Source: Phoronis australis (lineage: Eukaryota > Animalia > Phoronida). Taken from it: DNA of 63,787 nucleotides. The notes beneath the pieces were generated by a model that was given only the letters and a program-made list of their open reading frames with translations, did no database searches and was not told the DNA's origin. Shown here piece by piece: positions 13,032 to 25,483 of the stretch. The stretch's first letter is position 1, and each line of letters opens with the position of its first letter. The stretch lies in the NCBI GenBank assembly GCA_002633005.1, contig NMRA01001033.1:2938-66724 (forward strand), in the 5' to 3' direction. Made by a program: the position numbers and the translations under genes.

Positions 13032-13133
13032 GTACGTCTTATCGACTCGCCCTTTGTAGAGTGCGGCTTTCTCTAGCCGAAAATTTCGTGAAATAGTTTC
13101 TTTAGAGTTAGACTTTTAGAGTTATAGAGTCAT

Positions 13134-14135
13134 TTGTTCTACATTTCTGGTAACACCGGCATCTCCATTCTGCGCTACGACTTCAGTGAAAGTCAGAAGG
13201 GAAAAGACATCTGTGACAGGAAAATCGCACCCTTGAAGTCCCATGCCAAGTACTTCGTCAATGAAGGCAACAACGTTCAAAATGCAGTCGACCTGAAACA
13301 TGCGCTAGAGTCTAGAGGAGGTGTCAAAGGCTGTTAGGTGTCATCCTGTAGTGTGAATGCCCCAAAGATCCTTCCCACAGTATTCCAGGGATAAGTTTGC
13401 TGACAAATTTTGAGTATTCCGTAGATGGCATTCGAGCATGGAAGGCCCACAGAATAGGGGAGGGAAAACTTGTCATCAACAAGTCATGTAAACTCATTGC
13501 CTCTGAAAAGTCTTGACCTTGCAACACTCGAGTGTTTTACAACTCCAAGGATTGAATGGGGGCTGGTATCCCGTGAACGTCAAACGAAGCTCACATGCAC
13601 ACAATATGGGTGCTCGAAATCTTTTCCTACAGATGCTGAGCTAAATGAGCACTTGGATGTTGGTGCTCATTCATCATACCTTCAGAACGAGACTCAGTTT
13701 AACGACATTTCAAGACAATCTGAGATTTTATCTACTACTACAGCTGTATCATCACCTGAGTTGTCTGCCGTTTACGTTGTTGATCAAGTCGCCGCAAGAT
13801 TGGGCCCTGAAAAGTACTAGAAAAGTGGTCCGCTTCTCTAAGAAGGTAACGACTTAACCCAGTGATATATTTTCTGAGGGTGAACAGTCAGGCAGAAAAC
13901 AACAACCAGCTGAGGTTGTAAAAATGACGCGAAAAGCCAGGAATAAGCAAAGAAATGTTTTTACCTCTGAAGAGTGGCTGTCAGAGTAGCAGATTGCTGG
14001 ATTTTTTCTCGTATGGTTGGCGCGTCTCGAATCGGAAATATTCAGAATATTGAAGATGCTGATGCTGCTGCTGCCCACGAGTTTGCCTCTATGAATGAGT
14101 TGGAGCTTGAAGTCATGAATGAGTTATCATCATAA
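13134..14135 (+). pseudogene. Sola3-like DDE transposase C-terminal half (stops and frameshifts)
   Basis: YDFSESQKGKDICDRKIA...GGVKGC, a C2H2 finger CTQYGCSKSF...HLDVGAH, and WALK...RFSKK...GEQSGRK...QIAGFFSR. Confidence 0.7.
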
Positions 14136-15961
14136 ACCGTAGGAAATTATGAACATGTTTTAGTTGTTGTCTATTCTTACGGTATTGTTGTGGTCATCAT
14201 TATCGTAGCTAGGGGACTGGGGTCCACCTTGGGCGAAATTGGAAAAAAAGGAAGATGACGCAAGTTAGGGGCTTCCATGGGGGAGAGATTTGAGTGGTGA
14301 CCATTTGGGGAAAATAATCCAAGCCACTGATGGTCAACATTGAAATCTTCTCTCACTTTTTACTATCGTTTTTTGTTTTATGTTCAGTTTGAGACTCGTA
14401 AAGCATACTTTTTACATGATTGAATCTATTGAAACTACTGAGATTTTTAAAGGAGTGGTTATCTAGTTTTGAGAAAGTCTATCTTAGACATGTGTACTGA
14501 GCAAAATAAAAAGACTTTGTGTTTCAGTAGCTCTTGTTTTCTTCAAACAAAATGCAGTTTTTTGAAATGTTGTGTAGAAATGCATCATACACTAAACCTA
14601 GCATACCTTCAAGAAACTGTGGTTTTGAGTACGCCACATGAACGGAATTTACATATTGTGAGACTTTTAGCTGGTAAGTCGCAACAACACCCAATTGCTT
14701 AAATATTGGTTTGGAAAGCCGGTATCTTGGATATCACTGAAAGTATTATGTTTTCAATCGTAAATTGCCGTACCTGTTATTTTTCTGAAATTACAAATTC
14801 CACTGGCGCACTGCCACCATGCTCGGTCGCTCTTGAGTAGTACAAGAAGCATTGCGTGACATTTTGTATGTCCAATAACACGACACTTCTGCTCGTATCC
14901 ACCGTCCTCTTTTCACGTGTGATCTCGAAGATCTTGATTAGTTTTAGTATGAACTTTGCTAATAGTTTTAGAGGACTTTTTCATGCGCATATACAGGGAT
15001 TTGTCCAGGAGGTCTGAAAATGGACTAGCATGCACTGCAGGCAATGCGTGGAATTCTTAGTCAGTTACGTTGTTTGAAAACTGGCCAAGCAATGGGTAAT
15101 GGACACCCTTAATAAGAATAAAACCTGCTTTTCTGAAATATGAGAAGGTGATGGGGTTGTATTATTTTAACTCATAAGTACATTAAAATTGAATTTTTTG
15201 ATTTCTGTAATCCTATAACAAATTTTTATTTTTGCACCAGCAAAACTGAAAATCCGCGAAGAAAAAATCTCTCATACAGCTACCCATGATCTCCTTCGTC
15301 ACTACTGTAGCAAAACGAATGATATTTGTTCTATTTGGCATCTTGTTCGATAGGTAATTGCATAATCGAGTAGCGCCTCCTAGAGTCTTTTAATCAAATT
15401 GACAGTCACAGATTCGCAGAAAAGTGTGTGAGTTATGTAAAAAACTGACAGCACAAAAACTATGAAAGAGACAGGATTTTTTATTCTTGCGTTGGGTTGA
15501 ACAAAGACAGCAGTAATAGATGTACGTTAACTCATGTTCCAAAAGAATCCGTTATAGATTTGGGAGAGCGATAAAAATGCGTAAAAATGGCCTTAATAAT
15601 AAGAAGTGAAAATGATATATTTGTAGACTAAAATGGGAGGACATAAAAAATCAAAAAATCCATCCGAACTAGTTTTTCTTGTACGTTATTCTTTCTTCTT
15701 TCTGCTATATAGTTATTTTTTTCTATAGCGTGAAGCGATAATGTGTTGTTGCTGACAAAAATTCACCTACTTCCAAGTACTATTATTTGCTATTTTCGGA
15801 AAAAGTACAAAGTGGTCGTAAAAAGGGTTAAAAAAACTCGGAAACTATTAAAAATTCAGGCTCAGGTTTCTTTTGACAACGCCAGCTGATAAGCTAAGTT
15901 TCAAAAAAATTGGTGATTCTGCATATGTAGCCCACCATCTGGTTTTTATATGGAATTGCTC
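13134..15961 (+). mobile_element. Right part of a Sola3-like DNA transposon (left end lost)
   Basis: Ends ...TGGAATTGCTC|TTAA, i.e. a GAG terminus with TTAA at 15962-15965, downstream of the transposase relic. Confidence 0.6.
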
Positions 15962-16296
15962 TTAAGACCTGATGCTTTACGATATTCCTCGGGACCGATG
16001 TAACCCAGACCTGATATTTTCCTGTTCCACTGTTCCCCGTGTAGATGTTCCCTAGGCGCCATGATATATGCCTGTACCCAGCTATTGCAGCTAAACGGGT
16101 AGATGCGAAATTGTGCTCTATACTTTTGAATTGTTTCAGAAATGCTCACTGCTATACTAAGCGTCCCCCTTCAAGTTTCGAGGATTTCCAATTAAGCGTT
16201 AGGTTCAGGCTAGCGCCCATCATAGCGCACTACAAACGACCGCACGTGGTTTGAAATTGACACGCGAATCACTCTCATTTTGCACATCAAGTTCAG

Positions 16297-16455
16297 CAGT
16301 GGCGGACCTAGAGGGGGACCAAGGCGGCCAACGCCCCCCTAAAATTCTCCCTGATTCCATGTGGCAGTTGGAGGTGCGAATGTCTGACTGGAAAAATCCT
16401 GGCTAATACCCTGCCGTGCCCCCCCCCCCAAATTAAAATTCTGGATCCGCCCCTG
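16297..16455. mobile_element. Short CA..TG MITE, 5-bp TSD TTCAG
   Basis: CAGTGGCGGA...TCCGCCCCTG ends. TTCAG at 16292-16296 and 16456-16460. Confidence 0.85.
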
Positions 16456-19400
16456 TTCAGTCTTCAAAGAAAACGTCTTCTCAATATGTAAAAGCCAACC
16501 CCGGTTTTGTTTTATACCTCCGAAAGAAGGTAGGACTAGTGACCTGGTCGTTTTGGTACAGACCTATTTTTCCAATACATGGAAGGTATTAAGGAGCAAA
16601 CTTGAATTACCCGATGAAAACTGCACGGATTCGGCAATTATTTCGAGGCTTTTCATTTCATGGAAAATTAATTGTTGAGTACTTAAACAGTATAAGTCCA
16701 GCATTTTTGTTGTGAATTTTGAACTAATTTGTACCCGCGCATCCGCTTACGTCATTCGACTAGGTCAACATTTCAGGGATTTTTTCCACAGGATGTTTTT
16801 CAAACGTCAAGTTAAGTTTGGGATGTGAATAAACAATGGAGGAAGTTTGCACTCAGAGCTAGTTTGGACCTTCAATGGCATTGATGACAGTCATATAGCA
16901 GGTAAGACCTAGCAAAATCGCTGATACTTTTTCAACGAATATTTTCTCACTTTTCACATTGCAAACTTAGCTACTCGAATGCACACGTCGGTTAGAGAGC
17001 ACTGATTCAACTTCCACGTCGGCAACAGCCTTTGAATGTCGGTTGTTTAGAACAGTGACGCTGTACATGCAGGTAAGAACTCAATTTTGCGACCTGAAAT
17101 TTGTATTTAACGTTGCAGGGAAGAACATAATATAAACGTTTTTTCGTTGGTCTAAAAAAGTTATTGTAGCGCGTAAAAATGGCGGGAAAATTTTGCACCT
17201 GGCATTTATGAATGCGAGCTGAATTTTGAAAATGCGACCTGAGATTTTGGGTAGGTCTTAAAATGCCACCTGGCGATTTTCATAGCGTCGAGCCCTGAGA
17301 AGTAGGAAGTGGAAAACAAAAACTATGCTAGAGTGCAGCATGTAAACGACGTTTCGATATTAATGAAAAGTCATCCTCATGTACAATTGTTAACAGAGAA
17401 CAAAATGTCGTAACAAAATTTAGATTAATATTGAAACGTCGTTCTCAAAGATGTTTTGGCCAAATTTCATGAAATTTCACTAAAACATCTAGTTACAGAA
17501 ACTGTCACCAGGAGGCTAGCATTACTCAAAGTATTTAAAAACTGACGTCGACTGATTTGATCACCATAGAGATGCCTTTAGTCAGGCACCGTAAAATAAG
17601 CAATGGTATGACTTTTCTATCGGATATTGCATGAAAACAAACAAAAAGCCCATTTATTTTATTAGTTTATTTTCTTAGTGGGACAGCAAACTGAAAAATA
17701 TTGGAAATCACCAGCACCTAGCAATCCGGCTCCTAGAGCAACTGAAAAATGGCTAAAAATAAAATACACAAAATTCTGCAAAATTTACTGAATTTTGGCA
17801 CTCCATTGAAGGTTAATGGAAAATCCTCTGAAAATTCAAAGACTGTCTTCTGATAGAGAGGTTCAATGCATAAAGATTATAAAGATTTTTTTCTTTACGT
17901 TCTTTGACATCTTTTTAAAACAACTTCACTAACTGAATCTTTGTGAACCAAAAGTTGGCCGTTTTATGTCAAAATATTCATGAAGCTCTGACTTAAAAAA
18001 TAATGGCCCTGAAAAATTCAAATAAACATTTTGAACATATCCCACCAGGATGTATGTTACACACAATATTTTCTAAATCTGAGTCAGTGATCTTGTCGTG
18101 GAATAACAGTTAAGATCACTACTTGGAACGGACTGAAGACAAAACTTAGCTTCATCTTAAACTTAGCTTAAGCTTTGTCTTAGCTAAGAAAATTTTTCTT
18201 GGGACGGGCCCTTGGTCTTGTTTATTGCGTGGTATTTTGTGTGCCGAGTACCACCGCAAGCAATAGTGAAATTTCAGGTTTTTGCATGCCTAGAAAACTC
18301 TTCTAGTATGACTGAGGAACTAACAGAGGCCAGCTTTCCAACTTATTTAAAAAATCACGTTTCATATCGGAACACAGGTTTCTATCCAATAAGTTTACAC
18401 CTGGACTCAAGAAAGTATGAACGCGATTGGGTTGGAATTAAGTAAAACTTACCGTTTGTATTAAGAGTAATGATTTAAAAATCCTTTCACGTCTACGTAT
18501 GGTGCAGGATACGATTGCTTCAATTGCAGCTGAGAGTAGAGCCATTTTGAGACTGCTGGGCTAGCTCTTTTTCGTAGCCTGGGTCTATGATTCTTATTAA
18601 GATTAGGACCAATTCCTGTGTCAGAAAGGATTATTATCACGAAAAAGGGATACTGCAAAGACTAGGATTATGGCAAAAGGTATACATAGGCTTTTCTCAA
18701 AATTTATGCATAACTCACATTCCAATCCCAGAAAGAGGCTAGTACTGACCAGTCTACAGGAAGCTGTCTGTTTACAGTGAATCTCTACATAAATAATTGC
18801 AAACTGCTGTGTCTCTTGTTGCACAAATAACCAAAGAAGAAACAAAGCAATGTCATTTCATCAATATCTTACTGACTAAGAATTAATAAGACAGTGGTTC
18901 GTGAAGATTTGCAGATACAATGGGCCAACTTTGCAAGTAAATCATGACACAATCTGATATCTTCTCTAGTCGACTTTACTCTTTAGTGTATCACCAGTGG
19001 CCGTGATGCTTGAATAGCTAGTAACTTTCATTTCCTAGTACCACTTTTAAATTAATAATTTCTGGAATTTAAAGAAAGTGACAAACTTTGAATGTTTCAC
19101 AAACTCAATCTCAAAAACCGAGACTTAATTCACAGAGACTGCTTGAGTTGTCAGGCTGGGCTGAAGACAGTCATATAGATTTGTATATATTATAAAAAAG
19201 TGCAAGCGACACCCATACCCTCTCAAGTTCATGAATGAATCATTTCACAGTAAAGCAAGCAGTCATGCAATGATGCAAACACTGGTGTAACCCCTGACTT
19301 TCATAATTTTTAAACACTTAAAACCGTTTTGAATCTGAAAAGTTCAATTTCATGTTAACCTATTAGATATTCTTTTTAGTACACGAATGTATATGTATGG

Positions 19401-19706
19401 ATAGTATGTAACCACTTGCTGTATTGCAAGTTATACCGAGGTATATTAGCAGAGTTGGCAGACCTGGGTGTATTAATTATAGTCGCCTTCAGGAACTTTT
19501 CGTTTTTCTGTAGCTTTATATAAGGATTGTTGGAGCAAAATTTGTCAGAACGTTTCAATTGTTCAGTAGCAACAGAAAGGTGGAAAATATTAACCTGGGC
19601 AAATTTACAGCCAAACTCACTCTGGTGAATGGTGACAAACTCAAAATGTTCTTCACAGCCTTAAAACCGTAGTTGGATATTGCTTCACATGGCTCAGTGA
19701 CATTTG

Positions 19707-20012
19707 TATCGTCACTGTAGACAGGCTCAATATACGATGTAGCTATACTAAACTGACTATCGTCACTGTAGACAGGCTCAATATACGATGTAGCTATACT
19801 AAACTGACTATCGTCACTGTAGACAGACTCAATATACGATTTAGCTATACTAAACTGACTATCGTCACTGTAGACAGGCTCAATATACGATGTAGCTATA
19901 CTAAACTGACTATCGTTACTGTAGACAGACTCAATATACGATGTAGCTATACTAAACTGACTATCGTCACTGTAGACAGGCTCAATATACGATATAGCTA
20001 TACTAAACTGAC
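19707..20012. repeat. Minisatellite, 6 x 51 bp
   Basis: Unit TATCGTCACTGTAGACAGGCTCAATATACGATGTAGCTATACTAAACTGAC, head-to-tail with few substitutions. Confidence 0.97.
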
Positions 20013-21260
20013 TTACTAGACCAAGGGGGCAGTGTGATGGCTGATAAAATATTTTTAATTAATAAGATACTCAGTGATAAGGGTTCAAAACTGAAAATCA
20101 CTCCATTTCAGAGGAAACAAGAAAAAGGTAATAAATAGCCAGTTTGAGAATACATGAGGAGAGCTATTAGGCATATCAAGGACAATTAATCACTTGTGTA
20201 TACACTTCAATTTCCTTGAACAATACTGGCTCAGTAAATCAATTGTGGACAGTTGCATGTTTTAAGCAAACTTCAGAGGCCCTATTGTAAATGACTGATA
20301 CCATACTTATGGTTTTCCAACAAATGACAAGACCTATCCAGTATAATATTACAACTCTGTCAATTTATTTTTATCAGCATATTAGAATGTACATTCGGCT
20401 CATAAGAGTGACTACACCTCGATCTTGATGGCCATGTTAGTTTTCAACCAGGATAACTTTGGTCAGGGCCAGTGACAACATCACTATCAAATACGTCCAA
20501 GTCTGTTTCCAGGGTAATCAAGCAAGAGATAGAAATTGAAGAAAAAATGACCCACCTTGTGCTTCAGGTGTTAAATAATATTAATGTCTTAGTTTACGGT
20601 TTTTAAACTATCCAGATATAAAGAACAACAAGGGACCAGTGTGGATTGGTTGAAAACACGAGTAAGTGAAACATCATGTTCAATACTTGTCCCAAACAAT
20701 TGAATCGATGACTGACGAAATAATCTAATGAATTTACAAATAAAACTGACACCACTAAATGTTTTCACCATAATTAAACCAGTAGTCTCACCACTCATTG
20801 TTATCTTTGAATTCTTCTTGGGAAACAAAAAATCCAATGAAATAGACTATGTAGTGTTACTATGCCTGACCAGCTGACAGCTCAACAACAACTGAATAAT
20901 GTTTTTGCAGCCTGTAAAAGTGTTCACTTCTTAATGAAGTTATGTAACTTTCACTGGAGTACTTGTACCCTTTGGGCAGATAATTCTTGCCAGATGACTA
21001 TGAAGACTTTTTACAATAAGATTCCACAAAGCTAAATGTAACATGTATGTTTGGAACAAGTGTAAGGTTACGATCAGCCAACGCAGGGGAGGCTGCATGA
21101 AGCAGTTTATCAGTATAAGCCTCGCTTTGGATTTCCTCTTAATATTCATGGAGTGATATTAAGAAAGGTCTATTAAACGTAGAACGAGTGATCGCAGATA
21201 CGATAACACTGAATGTGAAGAAAGCCCACTGAACGCTTCAGCCACAAAACTGCTCAGCAC

Positions 21261-21615
21261 AACGACAGAATTTCCAAAGCTTTTGCACATGAAAAAAATT
21301 TGGTTACCACGGTGTTGGCGGTGTTGTTGTCACAAGAAGCGAACTCGTTGTCATTGGCAGTCTTGTCTCTTTGTAGCAGCGTCAGCGTCAGTGTGATTGA
21401 TTTGCTGACGGGATCTTCGCTGTTGTTGTCAATGCAATGATCTCAAGCATATGACCAACGGCTTTTTATCAAATTTAAGGTAATAGGGAGGCTGAGTTAT
21501 AAGACCAGTTGCTATTTTCTTCTTTTTCTGCCAATAGGCCTATGCCATTACCTGCACTATGAAAATTATTAAAGTCTTGACTGGCAAAAACCAATCCATG
21601 CAAATGTTGAATTAA
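21261..21615. repeat. ~355-bp direct duplicate of 25485-25842
   Basis: Colinear match ending at a shared TTAA. The second copy begins right after a single N (25484). Confidence 0.92.
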
Positions 21616-24600
21616 GTACTAGTCCACGAGAGCACCAGCCATGAGCGGCAAGGTGGGGGTCAGCCGAGTTTCACCAAATTTGGCACATAGGTAGTCCTAT
21701 GGGATCTATAAACAGCGGTAAAATATTTCCTCAAAATATTGCGTTTTTCTAAAGTTATAGGCTCAACCACATTTTACGGCTTCGCAGCCATGTTTTCACG
21801 GTATAAAACTGTCCAGATTTAACTGTTCATCTTTTTCCTTGAATGAAAGCTATTGATTTATTATTCACTTGGCATTGTTTAGTGGTGCGTGTAGATTGTT
21901 ACACAGATGTCTTGAAACACGATTCCGATTTGCCACCCTCATTTAGTAGTTTTACTACACTGCCCCCCGTTATGCCATTTTGAGGTTGTGTTCGGTACAC
22001 TGCTGTACCAAATCTGCCCCCACTGTTATGGGAATGAATCTTAGCCAAAATGTTGACAAAACATGTTACTTTCATTTTATAAAATAAAAACTTTGTCAGC
22101 CAGTTTATTAGTTATATATTTTGGCGCCTCAAATGTACTAAAATGAGAAATTTTCATATATATGCGATCGATGCGTGAGCACCGTAAAATTCGATTGTCC
22201 TTCATGTTTTTCGATATTTTTTGCAACAAGTTAGTTCCTCCTGAATGTTTTGAACGTTTTGCTACTGATCACTTAGGGCTATAGTACTCCTAAATACCAT
22301 ACATGGCTCTCTTTTGTAAAAAGCCGATTATGTCCTCCACAGTGAACAGGATTAGACATGAACTCGACAAATGTACGTTATTTTGATTTACAGTTGTTTT
22401 ACTTTGCAATTTTCTCATTTGTATTTCTTCACACATATTCAAGTCAGATTTTCTGTTGATCAAATGTTCATGCAATGCATTGTAATATCAAATGAAGGAT
22501 AAGTTTGGTTGCATGACCGCAATTTTTCCCACGACTTCAAACAAAAGACCGCAGAAAATTTCCTGACGAAATACCGGGTTTGCAGTTCTGTGAAAACATT
22601 CGAATGACAAGACAAACTCCACCACTGTCCATGGCAACTCGTCGCATGTTTTTCGCCCATCGGTCCTATCATTGTTTTCCTTTGTTGTGTCATTGTTGGA
22701 TGTAACAACACAGGTCGCATGGATATAGAACCTTGCGTACATCAGACCGTTGCCGATAAGTGTTTGTCATTATATATCTGGAAACAATGAAGATGCTAAT
22801 CTATTGTTCTGTATGCGACCAGGTTACCCGTGGATGACCACAGAAGAGGAATCCCAAAGTATCCACAAACAATGACCACGCACCTTAGTAACTATTACCG
22901 CGCACACGAATCCTTTCCGTGGAACCTAAACACCAAATTTTTATATCCCTGTACTGTATTGTGTTGTATTGCTCATGGTACGGGTTCAGACTCTGTTGTA
23001 TTAAGATTCCAATCCCCAACCCTGTAATATGTAGTTTGATTAAAATTTCTAGACAATGCAGGTTTATGGATTTATTCTCCTTCAAATGAAGAGTAAAAAT
23101 CAAATTCTGCACAGGTTTTTTAAAAGTAATGACTTATTGGAAGATCACACATCTAAAAAATAAAACAATGTTTGACAATTTTATCCATCATCTTATTTGA
23201 AAATTGCCTACCTCACAGACAACTCATCTAAGTAGAAAATATTCCTTGTGAAAAAATATAAAATACCAACCAGAGACTTGTGTACTACAAAACATGTTTT
23301 CGTAATACAATGCAAAGATAACTGTACAGTCAAAAATGTAAATGTTATGACTGTAATAAAAAATTGCCTTCTAGATATTTTCAACACTCAACTGCTACAG
23401 GACAGAGTCAACCACACAAAGCTCATAAAGTCAGGGAATTACATTTAAGGTGATGTAGTCTCACTGCGAAAAAGTGATTTCGCAATATCGCTGACAACAC
23501 TGGAAATCTCTTCTTCACAAACTTGAGGTAGCTGTATTTTCCACATCAATGTTCTTATCAAAACTAACCACCACAAAATGAAAAATTGGCTAGTCAGTTC
23601 CAATTAGGCAGCATTTTACAATGAAATGGTCATGAAAAAATACTTTTGCAACATGGTTTGCATTACAATTACCCTACGATTACAGTTGTACATACATATT
23701 AGACCAGTAACAAAATTACCCATGGGAACCATAAAATGGTCAATTCGCCAAAAAAAAACAAGGAGCCACCAGAGCTAATGTGCCAATACTTTTCAGTACT
23801 GCAACAAAAAATCATTTGAAGTGGACATAAACTCGCCTAAAATCACATAAAACAACTTTTGATTTAGATATTTTACCATCACGAAATAGGTATTACTTCC
23901 AGGTCACTTTTGAGCAATTTCAGAACTTTGAAAGATCTGGCAATATGCAATTGCTAGAGACCAGACTAATAGTGTGCGATTTTATACACACAGCATGGTC
24001 TCAAGGAATAGCAAACTGTCAATTCGCTACAATTCCAGAAATCACTTCCCATCTGGATAAGGAACAAACTGAGCAAAGTTTATAGAGGTAAATGGTCTAA
24101 ATCAAAACTTATTACCTCCTGGACAGAATATGGGTTTACAACCCAGGCAGAAAGATAAGTTAACAAAACCAGCCTAACTGCAACAGGGTCTCAAATTTCA
24201 GTAATATATACCCATTTACAAACAAAAATCTATAATGGTAAATAAAATGCGGAAACATAAATTCAGACCAATTACGCATCTTCAAGGAAAAGGAATAGTA
24301 CAGTGGTCAGAAATCATCTAAATGTGATGGCGACACTGAGAAATCCTGTCAGACCAAAAAATCCAGTGGCTAAACGAAATGAACAATGTACCATTACCAT
24401 GTGGCCCAGGATCATAATCCGTGCCTGGACAAAATTCAGTCTTAGACTAGGTAAATTTTAGATTTGTGCTGTTCACACAAGCAGTTCTGGTGCAAACAAA
24501 GCTTGCACAACACACAAGCCTACTTCCCTACACAGCTGTGCTGATACATTAATGCCCCCACTGGATTTAGCAGATCAGCCAGAGTATTTACAGGTCCAGC

Positions 24601-25483
24601 CACTGTACTGTTTCCTCCCTTTGCATTTTTACAATGCTACATCCTTGACAATCGCAAATTGCCTCTTTCTATGCATACTCCACTTCCTCTGTCCCAGTTT
24701 CTCCATATTTGTTGAAAGTGGCCTATCTCAACAAATTACTTTGGACCTGTTGTGGTATAAGCCAGTAATCTTTGGCAAATACTTTTTCCCCAACTCGTTC
24801 CTCAAGCTACAAATTCTCTTTGACATATCTTCTGGGAGTAGACTTTTCGGCCTCTCTCTAGCCCCTCACTTAGTTGTCCAGAAGGGTACTTTCTTGCTGG
24901 TTGTGAACTTTTCCATACCCAACCTTTACTAATAATCGGCAAGTCTCCAACTTCAGCAGAAGGCACTTCTTCATGCATAAGCCTTTCCTGGTTCCTAAAA
25001 TTGTATTAATGAAAAATTAAACATATTAAATTTAATGTGGCCATTTCGGCTCAAGCTAAAGTGAAGGCACCAATATTTTTGACTGCTTTAGCATGTTTAA
25101 TTAACTTCATAATCGCAGAAAATCATTGGTAGACAAAACATACTCCCTAGCCTCTAAAAGTAGTTCATGGGCAGAAGTCATGTTAAACATTTAGTGATTG
25201 TTAAGAAAAGTTATGATGACTACCTATTTTCTATGCCAATGTATACATGTAGTTGCATAAACATCAACACATTTGAATAAGATATGATTAAGCAATAAGG
25301 CCCAAGTTATAAGCAATCACGGTGTGTCAATAAAACTATTTTTGCATGAATGACGTGCTTCTAAAAATATTCATCAGGGTCAGACCCTGAAGTTTAGTGA
25401 TTCCCACCTGAGCTCACACGAAGCAGGACGTTGAACCTTGACTTAACGTCTTTGGTCATTTTTCAGACCTCTATCAGATTTCT
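21616..25483 (-). mobile_element. Second decayed Sola3-like element inserted at TTAA (other end lost at contig join)
   Basis: Starts after TTAA 21612-21615, where the duplicate shows the empty site. The terminus GTACTAGTCCA...ACCAG aligns with the 15961 terminus GAGCAATTCCA...ACCAG. It contains a transposase C-terminal relic. Confidence 0.55.
24600..24995 (-). pseudogene. Sola3-like transposase last-exon relic
   Basis: Reading across frameshifts: KGWVWKSSQPARKY...GLERGRK..TPEDMSKRICSLRNELGKK.FAKDYWLIPQQVQS, which parallels 13800-14030. Confidence 0.55.

Noticed and set aside
19707-20012. Possible CRISPR array
   Set aside because: Head-to-tail units with no unique spacers, no cas genes, and a eukaryotic context.
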